From assembly GCF_036321535.1 (NCBI RefSeq), contig NC_087466.1, positions 2,046,001 to 2,110,000 on the forward strand: a stretch of DNA of 64,000 nt, read 5' to 3'. Under the pieces are notes generated by a model. It made no database searches, was not told the DNA's origin, and worked only from the letters and a program-made list of their open reading frames with translations. Source of the stretch: Camelus dromedarius. Its lineage: Eukaryota. The position numbers and the translations under genes are program-made. Positions 23,111-35,519 of this stretch are shown here, piece after piece (positions within the stretch are counted from its first letter, which is position 1; every line of letters begins with the position of its first letter).

Positions 23111-24689
23111 GATCCTGATGGCCTCGCCTGCCAAGCTGGAGAGGGGGCGGGGGTGGATGCCGCAGGGAGAGGAAGAGTGGGGGGCCGGATCCCCACCTCC
23201 AGCCTGAGTCCACCTTCCCCCGCCCGGGGCTGCGCCCACGACCCAGCCCCGCCCCGACCAGGGCGCCATCTCTGCTGGATGCTGAGGTACCACGCTTTCC
23301 CCAACTAGCCTCACGTCTGCACTTGCTGGGACCTGACCCCCAAACCTGCCCTGGACCTTGCTCTGGACCTTGCAGGTTTCTGACTGTCAAAGCCAGTAGT
23401 CTCTCAGGACTCATCCAGATCCATTCCTTTGGCCCCTGATGCACCTTCGACCCCTCCCCAAACCCTGGGGGCCCTGCACCCCCATCTGCCCCTCTTTTGT
23501 CACTGACCAGCTTTGACCAGTCCTGGAATCAGCCGGCTCTGCTCTTCAGTCCGGGAAACAAGTGAAGGCGTCCAAGAGCGACTGGGATTGTCGAGGGAGG
23601 GTGTGCAGGGGGAGGGGGAGGCTGGGGCTGGGACCTCTGGTGGAAAGCAGGTAGGGTGAGCAGGGAAGGCCCCTCTGCAGAGGCCATACTGAACCCCAGG
23701 AGGGGACTGAGAGGGCTGGGCTGGCTGTGAGCTGGGCGCATTGGCAGACTGGAGCCTGGAAAGCTGGAGGGAGAAGACAGAGGCTGGATGGGGCAGACGG
23801 ACAGAGATATCCGAGTCCTGGAGCTGGGGGAACGCAGGACTGATCCTCTTATCCAGAGCCTCTGCGGGGGAAAGTGATGATTAGATGTGTGCGTAGAGAG
23901 CTCTGTAGCAGGCTCACTTTGGGTAGGGTGTTAGTTGAGGAAAGTGTCAGGGAGTGGGTTGGAAGGCCATTGTGGCAGCCCAGGTGGCCAGCATCTGTGC
24001 TGGCACTGATGGGGGGGAACCAATGAGATGGGACCGAGGGGAGTGTCAAGTCCTGCTTGAGGTTTGAGGCTTGGGTAGCTCTGGGGGTAGATGTGTCACA
24101 GAGGTGCACGGGTAGGTGGGTGGCTGGTTGGTTGGGCTACATACCTGGGTGGGCAGGTGCACATTTCCCAAGGTGGACTGGAGTCTAGGTGTGGTTTACC
24201 CAGGCGGTGAGGTGGATAGGTGGGCCCTTTACCAAGGTGGACAAGTGGGCGGGTGTGGACCAGCAGGTGTTGTTGTGGAGGCTGCTGGGACTCCGTCCAG
24301 ATGCTTCAGGGGTCAGTGCACCGGTCCTGCTCCTCTGGGTGTTAGCACCAGTGGTGCACAGGGGCCTCCGCCTTGGAGCACTGCCCTGGGCGATGGAAAT
24401 GGCCACATGGCTCACCCCAAAGCTGGTGTCTGCTTCTACGGCCACGGGCAAAGGGAATAAAAGACCAGTCTCTGCTTTGCCTTGAGGCGATTCGAATTTG
24501 AAGCAGCCTGTGTCTGCCAGAGCTTTCACAGAAGAGGACGCTGGACTCCGACCCAGATGCCTTTTGCTTAGTGCTCCCTCCACCCCTCACCCAGCCCTGT
24601 CCTACTTCCAGGGTGACCAGCCATGTCACCCACCCTGTTGGTCAGTTTCCCTGGAGGCAGAACTCTCCATGTGCAAACCAGGATGGTCC

Positions 24690-25108
24690 TCACCCTGTGC
24701 TTCTGTTGCACCCCACCTCCCAAGAGGTGCCGAAGTCCTCAGCCTTGGGACCTGATTTGGAAGCAGATGTAATTAAGATGTAAATTAAGATGAGGTCATG
24801 CCAGAGTAGGGTGGGTGCTTCACCAATATAACTGATGTCCTTGTAAGAAGGGAGCAGGTGCCATGTGAAGACACAGGCAGGCAGGGAGAGCACCATGTGA
24901 TGGCAGAGGCTGGAATGAGGCACCTGCAGGCCAAGGATCGCCAGAAACACTGGCCAAGAGAGGGCCGTGGACAGGGCCTTCCTCAGAGCGTGGCCCTGCC
25001 AACACCTTGACTTGGACTTCCGGCCTCCAGAACTGTGAAGGAATCCATTTCTGTTGTTTTAAGTGGCCTTGTTTGTGGTTCTTCGTTAAGGCAGACCTAG
25101 CAAAGCAG
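24690..25108 (+). mobile_element. MLT1 (ERVL-MaLR) solo LTR
   Basis: taagatgaggtcat...ctgatgtccttgtaagaag...ggccctgccaacaccttgacttggacttccggcctccagaactgtga...atttctgttgttttaag are MLT1 hallmarks. Confidence 0.88.
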
Positions 25109-26720
25109 TACCGATCTCTTCACTCGTCTTTTGAGAGCACACCCTTGAAAATCAGTAATTTGAACAAGAGCCCCCATCAGGCTTTGCTTCTAGGGAGCTT
25201 GACCTAAGACAGCTGGTGCCAAGAGTGCTGGTCCTAAGAAATGGATTCTAAGAGTGGCGGCCTGAAATTGGATCACTCGCCAGCCAAGTGGCAGCGAGGG
25301 ACCATCACTGGTGGCAGGTGGGGGACTGATAGCCCCTGGCATGGGTAGCAGTGTGGCAGTGAAGACCGTCACCTGGGAGAACTGGGGTGGGAGACAGGTG
25401 GAGGGGAGGCTGGTACAACGTCTCAGCACTTGACAGGTAGGGAGGAAACAGTAACCATACGGGCTGTGGAACCGGGTGGCTGTTAACAAAGTATTACTGA
25501 GTCCTTGAGGGAACGTGGCAGGCTGAGATAGATTAATCAAGGGTAGAAAGGAAAGTGAGTGTCAGAGGCCGCCTGGCACGTGTCAGGAGACCCTGCAGTG
25601 CCGGACAGACAGAAATGAAGACAAGGCACCACACTCAGGAAAACACAGCAGGACTCCCGGCAAGGTGGCCTCGCAACCCAGACAAGCCTCTTGCATCAAA
25701 CTCAGGGCCCTGATGGCGAAGGAGTGGGACCCTGACTCCTGAGGTGGGGATATCTTGAGCACTTTGAACTCCATGCTCTACATTCTCTGTGCCTGCAGAA
25801 GCAGCCAGCTCCCTCTGTGGTGAAAGGCAGTGCCTCCACTTCCCAGCAGAGCTTGCAGAGACCTCAGAGGAAGCAGGTGCCTCATAAAGTGTTTGCCTCT
25901 GGGTCTGCCCCACTCCCCTGCTGGCCACCACACCCCAAATTAGGATCATCTCAGCATAGACCAACTGAAGCGGGAGGGCAGGGCTGGCTAAGAGGTGCTG
26001 GCAGGAACCCAGATGCCTGGGTGTGGGGTGATATCCTGGGGTGACAGATCAGGGCAGTAGGCTACAAAGACAGATGAGGTAGAGCAGGTGCTCTCCTGAG
26101 ACTTGGGGACTCTGGCAAGAGCCCAGGAGGTCACTCGAATATGCCACCACGATGGCCTTGGACAAAGCTATGGCTTAGAACAAACAAAATAGAGATGCTG
26201 GAGCAGCCATGGAAAAATGGAAACGAAGAGGTCGGAAAACTCAGAAGGGGGCATGTTCAGTTGCGTTTACTGTTTGTTAGAAAAGCCACAAGCTGCCCAG
26301 GTCTTCAGAGGGGCCTGGAGGATGCTGTGTCTTTTCCATGATGTTGCTTTCCGCCCATCAGGATCGGTACTTGAAGAGCATCTCTGTAGACAGCATGCAA
26401 TTATGTCTAACTTTTTTTTTAAAGTAAACCTGACAGTGTCTGCCTTTTAGTTGGGGTGTTTGTTCCACTTAAATATAAGGTAATTGTTGCTGTAGCTGAA
26501 CGGAGGTCTGACATCGCGTTGTTTTCCCCATGTCCTGTCTGTTTTTGTTTCTCTAACCCTCCTTTCCACTCTCCTCCCAACTCACTGTAACACAGTTAAG
26601 AAGTCCATTCAGTTTTTCTATTTTTAGCTATACCATTTTGCCTTTTTTACTGGTAGCTGTAGGAATTACAGCATATCACCTTAACTTTTTTGCAGTCAAC
26701 TTACAGTTAGAATTGTACCA

Positions 26721-26869
26721 CTTCTTGGGGGGAGGGTATAGCCCAATGGTAGAGTGTGTACTTAGCATGCATGAGATCCAGGGTTCAATCCCCAGTACCT
26801 CCATTAAAATAAATTTTAAAATAAACCTAATTACCTCCCCCCAAAAAACAAAACAAAACAAAAACAAAA
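26721..26869 (+). mobile_element. tRNA-derived SINE (camelid-type) with 10-bp TSD
   Basis: ggggagggtatagcccaatggtagagtg...gggttcaatccccagtacctcc...aaacctaattacctcccccc. TSD aattgtacca at 26711-26720 and 26870-26879. Confidence 0.92.
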
Positions 26870-27073
26870 AATTGTACCAATTCATGTAAAATGTAAGAAC
26901 AATGGGACTGCATGGTTTCAGTCACTGCCACACCCCCTGTCTTTTTGTGATAGTGGCTGTGTGTTATAAACACCAAGATGACATGCTACAGTAGTATTTG
27001 TTTTATGCAGTTATCTATATTTTATAAAAAAAAAAAAAAGAAAGAATCTTACTAAAGAACTTCCTTAGGTATT

Positions 27074-27211
27074 TCTTGGGTTTGGTTTGGTTTGGTTTGT
27101 GGAGAGAGGTAATTAGCCTTATTTATTTATTAATTTATTTTTTAATGGAGGTACTGGGGATTGAACCCAGGACCTTGTGCATGCTAAACACATGCTCTAC
27201 CACCCTGCCCC
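27074..27211 (-). mobile_element. tRNA-derived SINE (camelid-type), antisense
   Basis: gaggtaattag...ggaggtactggggattgaacccaggacc...gcatgctaaacacatgctctacca. Confidence 0.88.
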
Positions 27212-28959
27212 ATAAATTTTATGTATGATAAGACTTGTATCTTGAATATATAAAGAAGTCTCACAGTCCAATAATAAAAAAGGGAAATAAACAAAATTTT
27301 TGAGCTCCATTGGCCCTATGTGCATGCTCCACGCTGGAACATCCTCTCAAAGTAAAGGACCCATAGCCACGCCCTGCACTCCTGGCCACAGAGGAGAACA
27401 CACTGCAGGGGTGCAGCTTTGGGTTTTGGAGGCAGCATGTCCTGCACCTGGGAATCCCACCTGAGCCATTTGCTGGGTGATCCAGAGCCTTCCAGCTTTG
27501 AGTATAGCCCAGAGCAGAAAAGGGGTCTGCAGTAGACCCTGTGATCTGGCAGAGCCCAAGGCAAATGCTACAGCAGGGAAGGATTTCCGATGGAGCCCCC
27601 GGAAGGTTTCAGTGGGCAGACTCCCAGCGTCTGGAGTGAGGCCATGCCACACACCATTCACAGAGCAGCTGCTGGCATTTTCCTGGGCCCTGCAGGAACG
27701 GAGCCTTGACCTTGGGCTACCAAGTGGCCCTGTGGCCAGAATGGCTCATCAGAGCAAGGTACTAGGTACTGGGTACCGTCAGAGCTGCCAGGACTTTAGG
27801 GGCCATCACACAATGAAAGAGGCGGGGCCAGGATCAGCTCCGAGGACCCGAGTCAGCTGCATAAGCAAGTGACTGCCACCCTGAGTGGCTTCGCTCACTG
27901 ACACCTCGGTGGCCCTGAGCAGCAGCGTTGGACAAGCCCTCTAGAGGGCAGAGCTTCTGAGGACCACATGTCATCCACCCTGTGAGGAAGAGGAGACATG
28001 GCCCTGGGGCTGCAGCAAACAGTGCAGCCGGTTGGTCCAGGAGCCCAGACACAGCAAGAGTAGGAGTTTGGAGACAAGGAGGTGACAGGAGGAGGCACCA
28101 GGAGAGCGAGGGTTCTGCTGGGTTTCCCACTGAGACACGTGATCTAGACCCAGGGATGGAGCAGGAATGCCCACTCCCCAGTTCTCCCAGCAACCCAGCT
28201 GGGGAATTTATGTTCCCATCCTCAAAACTTCAGGTTCTGGGTCCTGGGAGGGGGGACGTTCAGGGACACAGTAAGAGTTGCACAAAACGTAAGCTATGAT
28301 AGCTGCCAGTCACTCTGGGCTCCTTGTGGCACCAAGCAAATGGGTCCCCACTGGGCAGGGAAGGGAGACACGGGTTCTAGGAACAGGGATGTTTCATCTT
28401 CTCATTCACTGGGTGTCCTGAAGCGCTCCCTTGCTCAGCGGTCACTGGGAGGGGGTCATGACAGCCAGCGCAGCCTGAGGTGGTGTGATGCCCAGGGACT
28501 CAGATCCCTGAGGGGGAGGATCTGGGTCCCCGCAGCAGGTGAGCTGCCCAGACCTTCAGAAGTCTGGTGGGAGAGGGGCTTCTAGAAAGGTGGGGGAGAT
28601 CAGGGGTGGCGCCTGGTTGCAGACTGGGAACCAAATTAAGCTGCAGCCGAAGCCCACGCACTAGCCTCCCTCCCCTACTACTGTCCAGAAATTGTGCCTG
28701 GCCACAGCCCTGGGGAGGCCGACTGCAGTGACCTTAACATGAGAGCAGGTGGGCTGAAGACGCAGCGCTGCAGTAAGTGTCCCCGGGGGTGTGAGCTGGT
28801 CACTTGCAGCTGACCCTGTCCCTGGAGCACCGCTGACCTTGGCGGGGAGGCTGTGCACCTGACCTCACTCGAGGTGGCCCCAGACCCCTAGGCTGAAGTT
28901 AGTCAGCCTCCTCTGGCATCTTCCCCTCCCTCAGGTGCTCCCCCCGCCACAAACACTGC

Positions 28960-29560
28960 TATCACCATCACTCTGATGTTGCCTTTTTCAAAGTGCCTCT
29001 ATGTGCAGTCACAGTATGTAGCATTTTGAAACTGGTTCTTTAGGCAGGACAGTGTTGGTGAGGTCCTCTGTATTGTCGCGTGTGTCGCTGTCACTCTGGG
29101 TGGCACCCTGGTGTGCCTAGACCCCAGACCTCGTCCTGTTCATCCGCTCACCAGCTGATGGGTGTCTGGGTTGCTTTCAAGTTTTGGTGGTGATGAATAG
29201 AGCTGCTCTAAACATTCGTGGGCGGTGTCTTGTGGAAGCAGAAGATTTCATTTCTCCGGGGTGAATCCCGGGGATGGAGTTGCTGGTTTGTGCTGGAGGT
29301 GTACATCTGATTGTAAGCTGGCTGGTTTCTTTTCAACATTTCCCTCTCCTGCTGGAGGAAGCCACCCCCACTGGGCATCTCCGTAGCTACATCATCTGCC
29401 TCGTTAGGTACACATCCTATTTCCCATTCTACAAAAGGTGACAATGTCGCTAAATGTCTTGTGACCCCACAACTAGGGTCTCCTCCAGTGCTTTCTCCTC
29501 CTTCCCCTAGACCCATCATCAGTTTCAGCAGGGTCCTCCCGTCCCCACACCGTCCATCCC
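28960..29560 (-). mobile_element. Old L1M 3'-end fragments, antisense
   Basis: gggttgctttcaagttttggtgg...gagctgctctaaacattcgtg...atttcatttctccgggg...gagttgctgg L1M pattern. Confidence 0.65.
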
Positions 29561-30439
29561 CCAGGCCCGAGGCTCAGCGTTACTACCGGCATCCTCCCCT
29601 TCCAGCACTAGAAACTGTCTGGGTACCTTGGGCTACACAGCAGCCCCTCCCACTCAGTGCTGGGGACACCGCAGTCACCTCTTATTGCTGCCTCTCACGG
29701 GTCTCACTTAGATGTCCTGCAGTTGCAGGCAATGGTGGCTGGGACGGAAGCCACCCGAAGGCTGCCCCACCCCTGTGCGGTGTTCACGCTGGTTGTTGGC
29801 TGGTCCTCCAGCTGGAGTTGCCAGCTGTGTGTCCACTCCTTGTGGCTGCCGGTGCCTTGTCGCAGTGAGGTGGCTGGGCTCAGAGAACAAGCATCCCAAG
29901 ATGGTATCTAGGCTTCACAGCTATAGGAGGTCCCCAGAATGCGGAGGGATAAAGGTGGTGGGCACAGCCTTCCTGACCACTGACCCTGTTCCTGCCCCTG
30001 AGAGGAACTGACTTTGATGCATAGTGGACCCCTAGGTGCCTCTCTGACCTAAATGGTGAGCATGCGGTTCTGGGAGGAAAGTTGGCTGGGAGAGGTTTCC
30101 ACAGTCATCCAAAGGGACATGTGGGAAGAGATGAGAAGTCTGGGGCCGTGGCAGCCATCGTGCAACTACGAGGTGGGCCACTCAAAGAGATGGTGGCTCC
30201 TTCATTAAGCTTCCAGATTAACAAGCCCTGGGCACCCTATGTCAGGACTCCTGTGTCAGAAGTAGAGTCAGCAGGTTCTGTCACTTGAAGTCCAAAGTGT
30301 CTTCATTGATACCAGAATGGAGTCAGCAAGAGAGTTTGAGGAAGGGTGTGAGAGGCGGAGGAGAAGCGAAATCACGTGTGGCTCCCCTAACGGTACCTGC
30401 CATTCACGGGGGCCCCTGCTGGGGGGGTTCTAACCCCTC

Positions 30440-30560
30440 ACACACAGTCACTGGTTGAGCCCTCAGAACATCTGTGATTTGGGTCGCTATTGTTATGTCA
30501 GCCTACAGATTGGAAGATTGAGGCACAGTGGGTGAAGGAACCTACCCCACAGAAGGGACA
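30440..30560. mobile_element. MIR SINE fragment
   Basis: cctacagattggaagattgaggcacagtgggtgaaggaacctaccc. Confidence 0.55.
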
Positions 30561-31414
30561 GCTAGGGTACTAGCCAGGTGGTCTGCTGCTCTGTCCTGTG
30601 AGCCACACAAGCACTTTTCAGAGGTCCAGAGAAGGCCTTAAGCAGAAGCCCTGACCAGCTGGTCAATGGTGCTTAGATGAGGATGAAACAGTCTTCCTCG
30701 AATTTGGTAAAGTGCAGGTCACCGGCAATGTTGGGCAGAATGACCACAGAGGATGGGGTGAACAGAGCCAGACTGGTCTGGGTTGAAGAGTGGGAGAGGA
30801 GGACACCGAGTCAGCTCTGGAGACTCATGGCTGTGATGAGGGTGGGGAGGGAGTGTGGTGGTTTGGGGGGCGGTTCTGGGTTATATAGGAAAGCAAACGA
30901 GAAGTGTCTCCAGAGCTGGGAAGGGCGGCCTTGGGTTGGGTCCGGAAGGTTCACTGACCCAGGAGGGAAGGCAGGTTTCCTGAGGAGCAGATGTAGCTTT
31001 CCTCTGGTGCCCCGTTTCCGTCCTGAGCTTGGGACCTGGATCCTAAGTGGAGAGGGTGTGAGTAAGGGAGGTTTGGGATCAAAGTGCGGTGGGACCGCGG
31101 GGTTGCTGATATTAGGCCCCACTTGAGGATGGAAGTCAAGAGTTTGGGGGCCAGGAGACTGTGCCGTTTAGGGATTTCTCCGGACTCGCTCTTCCACCTG
31201 GGTAGGACCCTGAAGGGGACGAGCAGCCTGCCCTGGCCTCGGTGGCTACCGGAGGAGGGGACCCAGGGGCTGGGCCAGGAGGCGCCGCTGCGCTCAGGGA
31301 CTGCCGGGTCCAGGCGTCCTCGGGCCGCTGGCAGGGCTGGACCGCAGCGCCGCGGGTCAGGGGCACGGATGCGGAACACAAGGCCCCCCGCGGACCCTAC
31401 CCCCCGCCCGCCGC

Positions 31415-31520
31415 CGCCGGGGATTAGCGCGTTCCTGGCTGTGCGGTGGGATTAGCCCGCGTGGACCCGGCGTCCGAACCGGGGATTACGGCGCGCCCCG
31501 CCTCGACGGATATATTCCCG
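31415..31520 (+). promoter_or_regulatory. GSC2 proximal promoter with three GGGATTA (TAATCCC) K50 sites and a TATA-like element
   Basis: gggatta at 31420-31426, 31448-31454 and 31482-31488; tatatt at 31511-31516; ATG at 31560. Confidence 0.8.
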
Positions 31521-31559
31521 CGGCCGCGGCGGCGGCGGCGGCCGCGGCGGGCGGGCGGC

Positions 31560-32714
31560 ATGGCGGCGGCAGGGGGCGCGGCAGGCCGCAGGGGCCCCGG
31601 GCGGCCCTGCCCCTTCTCTATCGAGCACATCCTCTCCGGCCTCCCCGAGCGGAGCCCTCCCGCCCGGGGCGTCCGCCCGCCGCCACCCGCCGGCCGCCAG
31701 AGCCCCGCGGAGCCCGGGGCGCCCGAGGCGGCACCCTGTGCCTGCTGCTGCTGCTGCTGCTGCGGCCCCCGCGCGGCGCCCCGCGGGCCCCCAGAGCCGG
31801 CCGCCGGGCTGGGTGAGTGGGCGCAGGGCTCGGGGGACTCCGGGCACGGCGGGGGCGCAGCGGAGCTCGGCTCCCGCCCCGCGTCTCACCGCGCGCTCTC
31901 CCCGCAGGCGCGCGGCTGCCGTGGCCGCTGAGGCTGGGGCCTGGGGCGCCCTTGCCCTTGGCCGCGCCGACCGGAGGCCCGGGGGCGCTACCCGGCGCCG
32001 GTGGTCCGGGCCCGCAGCGGCGCACGCGGCGCCACCGCACCATCTTCAGCGAGGAGCAGCTGCAGGCGCTGGAGGCGCTCTTCGTGCAGAACCAGTACCC
32101 CGACGTGGGCACTCGCGAGCGCCTGGCCGGCCGCATCCGCCTCCGCGAGGAGCGCGTGGAGGTGGGTGCCCGTCGTCGCCTCTTCCGCCACCTCCGAGGA
32201 GCAGGTCCGCGGTCCCAGGCGAGGGGTGGGAGCTTGAGCGGAGGTCAGGCTTGTTTTTTCTTTAGTTTTAAACCACCCGCGCCCCGCCCCCATGAGAAAT
32301 GAGGTGCGCATCCCTGTTTCGGAATTTGGGAAGCTTAGGAGAGCGCAAAGTTGCAGAGGGGGCGTCCCGGGTGCCGCCAGGCGGAGTCCGGGCTGGGAAG
32401 GGGCAAGCAGGGATGCCGGTCCGGGTGGGAAAGAGGTTCGGGTCCCGCAGCAAGAGCCGCCGTCCCCACCTGCAGCGGTTGAGAGACAGTGGCACAGCCG
32501 CTGCCCAGGGCCGGCTCCGCAGCCAGGGTCCCGAAGCCCCGCCAGTTGATTTGGGGAGCCGCGCGTTTCGCGTGCCCTGGGGCCAGGCCTGCCTGAGCGC
32601 GTCTCCTTCTCTCAGGTCTGGTTCAAGAATCGCCGTGCCAAGTGGCGACACCAGAAGCGCGCGTCGGCGAGTCTCCTGCCCAGAGCCAAGAAGGCCTCGA
32701 AGGAGAGCTGCTGA
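31560..32714 (+). CDS. GSC2: Goosecoid homeobox 2 (paired-class K50 homeodomain), 3 exons, 201 aa
   Basis: Exons 31560-31812, 31908-32161, 32616-32714 (606 nt, GT-AG). eh1 motif FSIEHIL; homeodomain [48 protein letters not shown]|[15 protein letters not shown]. Confidence 0.97.
31743..31763 (+). repeat. (TGC)7 coding repeat giving poly-Cys in GSC2
   Basis: tgc x7 in exon 1, [13 protein letters not shown]. Confidence 0.95.
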
Positions 32715-34389
32715 CGGCTCTGGGAGTTACCCCTGGGCTTGGCCGGTCCCTGGGGCCGGCTCAGGGAGAGGACAGAGGTGTCCTGATCGGAGCTGGGAGA
32801 GGAGACCAGCCTCTTCCGTGATGTCTGTACAGCTGCCTGTGCCCTTGAGCTCGGCGCAGGACCCCTCTGCATGTGGCCCAGCGCCGCCTGCCCCGGGGAT
32901 GAGAGGGCGTGTATGCCCGATGCTCTCTGTGCGCTCTCCTCCCCAAAGGCAAGAGGGCAGGAGGGCCGGTGAGATTCAGGGGTGGGGTTGCAGGGCACAG
33001 AGCAGGTCAACTTCTTCAACCCCTCACCACACCCCAGGAGGGACTAACATGCCCTGGGACAGGAGCTACCCCTTGTCAACACCCCGAATCCCCTTCCCCT
33101 CCTCCACATGCTGGCTCCCTCCTCTCCTCAGCAGGACAAAGCCCCCTTGACCTGGCCTGTAACCCTCCCGAGGCGGGGCCTGGGCGTCCCGACTTGCAGA
33201 ATAAGGAGCTTGGGTGAGGTCATCTCCAGAGCCCCTTTACTACGCCTCAGTTTTGAGTCCTGTGTGCACTGAGAAATAAGTAAGCAACTACAGACACTGA
33301 AAAAGCAGTCCAGACCCCGAAGTCCTCGATGGCTCCACTCTGTACTCAGCCAGGACCTGCCCGTCTTCTCTCCTTCCTAGGGAGCCGGGGCAGCTCGTCA
33401 CAGCCCAGTGAGTCCTCAGTCCCTCTGCCAGGGTGCCCTCAGCAGAGCAGACTGCCCCACGGATCATGGCCCAGCACCCTGGGGGCCTACACTGGCCTCT
33501 AGGAGCTGCTTCTTGGGTGGGGGTCCTTGGCTTCCCCTCTGTGGGGGGTTTCCATGCAGTAGCATCTGCCTTCCCCCCAGCAGTCAACTCTGCCTCCCTG
33601 TGGGGGCAAGAAGAGGTTTGATTGAGGAGGATCCCTCCCCACTGCCTTGGAAAATGCCTGCTGTTCCTCCATCACCCTGGCCCTGTGGTGAAGGACATCA
33701 TGAGAACAAGGCTTCAGTTCCCCGAGTTGGCCTGTATAGTGGACGCGAGGCACCTAACACACCCTCACCTGGCTCAGGGACCTGGTTCTGCCTCCTCACA
33801 GGTTCTGGAGGAAATGGGGCGGGGGTAATCTGGAAGGAGACACAGGCCATCCACAAAAGGTGCAGAAGTCAGGGTTGCAGCTTAGATAACACTAAGTGCA
33901 AGGGGTCCCCAGCCAGGGCTACCCTAACACTGCCAGGGTCTCTGGGACAGTGGCTCTCACTCACTCGCAGGATGCACACTTCTGTGTGTCACAAAGCTCT
34001 TCTCCCTGAACCCTGAACTTATTCCTGGAGACTGCACAGACTGCCCGCAGAGCTTTCTCACAGGCTGGGACATCCTCATCTCCCTGGGTCCCAAGACCCT
34101 CACCCTCATGGGCTGAGTGGCTATTTGTCACTGTGCAGGGCACCTGTGATCAGAGCTCCACTTTCAAGGGACCAGTGGCCATGCTGCCCTCCTGGTTTTT
34201 CCTTCATCTGCAGCTGTCTCAGGCAGGCTTGCCCCATAGTGACCATGAACGTCGGGGGTCCTTTGGGCCGTGATCATGCACTTGCCTCTAATCTCCATCC
34301 TCACCCTGGTTTATCTCTTCTACCCTCTGATTCCCATCCCCGTCCCACATTGACATCCCAGCCCAGGCCTCTGGCCTGTGCTAGACAGT

Positions 34390-35130
34390 TATATCCAGCC
34401 GTCCCTTTGATTACTCCACCTGGAAGCCCACAGCTCCTCTAAGTCACCTTGTCCACAGCAGTCTCTTCCCCTGTGCATCCCAGGTGCATGAGCCAGGGAG
34501 CTGGCAAATACCCCCACCCCTCCTCTTCCTCACCCAGCAAACCCAGGCCAACAGCAAGTCAATTTTACCTCCAAAAACAATCCCAGAATCTGTCCTCTCC
34601 CAGCTTTACCTGCACCTACCTGATGAAAACCACCGTCATCTCTCACTTTGACTGTTGCAGCTGCCTTCAGCTTGTCCTCCTGCACCCACTCTTGTTTCTC
34701 TGTAATTCATTCCCTGTAAAATCCAGGGTGCAAGTCTGAACCTACCTCTCCCCTACCTACAGCAGTCCAAGGGATTCCCACTGCTCCCAGAGCAAAGACA
34801 AAACTCTCCTTGGCCCATGACCCATGAGGCTTGTGCAGCCTGGCCCTGTTCCTCTGGCATTGGTCGCCACCCCGCTGGTCCTTGCACTCTGTGTATCCAA
34901 AGGTCTCCTCCCACTGGGTCTTCACACATGCTCTCCCTCCTCCGCCTCGCCAATGTCTGCTCATCCTTTGGATCTGCAACCACTCCCTTCCCTGGGGAAA
35001 CTGCCGCTGGCTGCCTTCTGGGTAGGATGCCCCGTAGAGGAGACTCTTTTCTTGTGCCTGCCTGCTGCAGTTTCACGCTTGTCTGTGAGATGATCTGACT
35101 GGTGTCTGTCCTCCGCGGCTGACTGTCAGC
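34390..35130. mobile_element. L2 LINE 3' fragment
   Basis: gtcaattttacctccaaaaacaatcccagaatctgtcc...ctcactttgactgttgcagctgcct...gactgtcagctccatgagggcagg are L2 hallmarks. Confidence 0.65.
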
Positions 35131-35519
35131 TCCATGAGGGCAGGAATCATCACCATGGATTCCCCAGTGAATGCGGGAGTAACTGCCTAACGGAATCATT
35201 CTGGGACAGAACATATTTGACATATTTCACACCCTCCTTTCAGGAAAAAATGATCATTCCTCCAAAATGCTTAGGCAATTTTCTGGTCCATTTCAATGAG
35301 AATTAGCCTTCTGGGAATTTAGGGACCAGACATTTCTTGCATAAAGTTCGAATAAAAACACTGAAACGCGTATATAATGAGATTTTCTGAAGAGTGTGTT
35401 TTTGTTTATAATGTGGAAGCATACGCGGCGATTATTTGCAAGCTATTGGAATTCCAAGGCCTTCCAATTCCGAAGTGCTGGAATTTTTCACGGTTAGCGG
35501 GAACGCGCGCCCTTGAGTC

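Noticed and set aside
24116-24260. Degenerate GGTGG-rich pseudo-repeat
   Set aside because: Low-complexity sequence with no consistent period.
26727-26800. tRNA-like sequences here and at 7928, 27140 and 61117
   Set aside because: These are SINE heads with AT-rich tails and TSDs, not tRNA genes.
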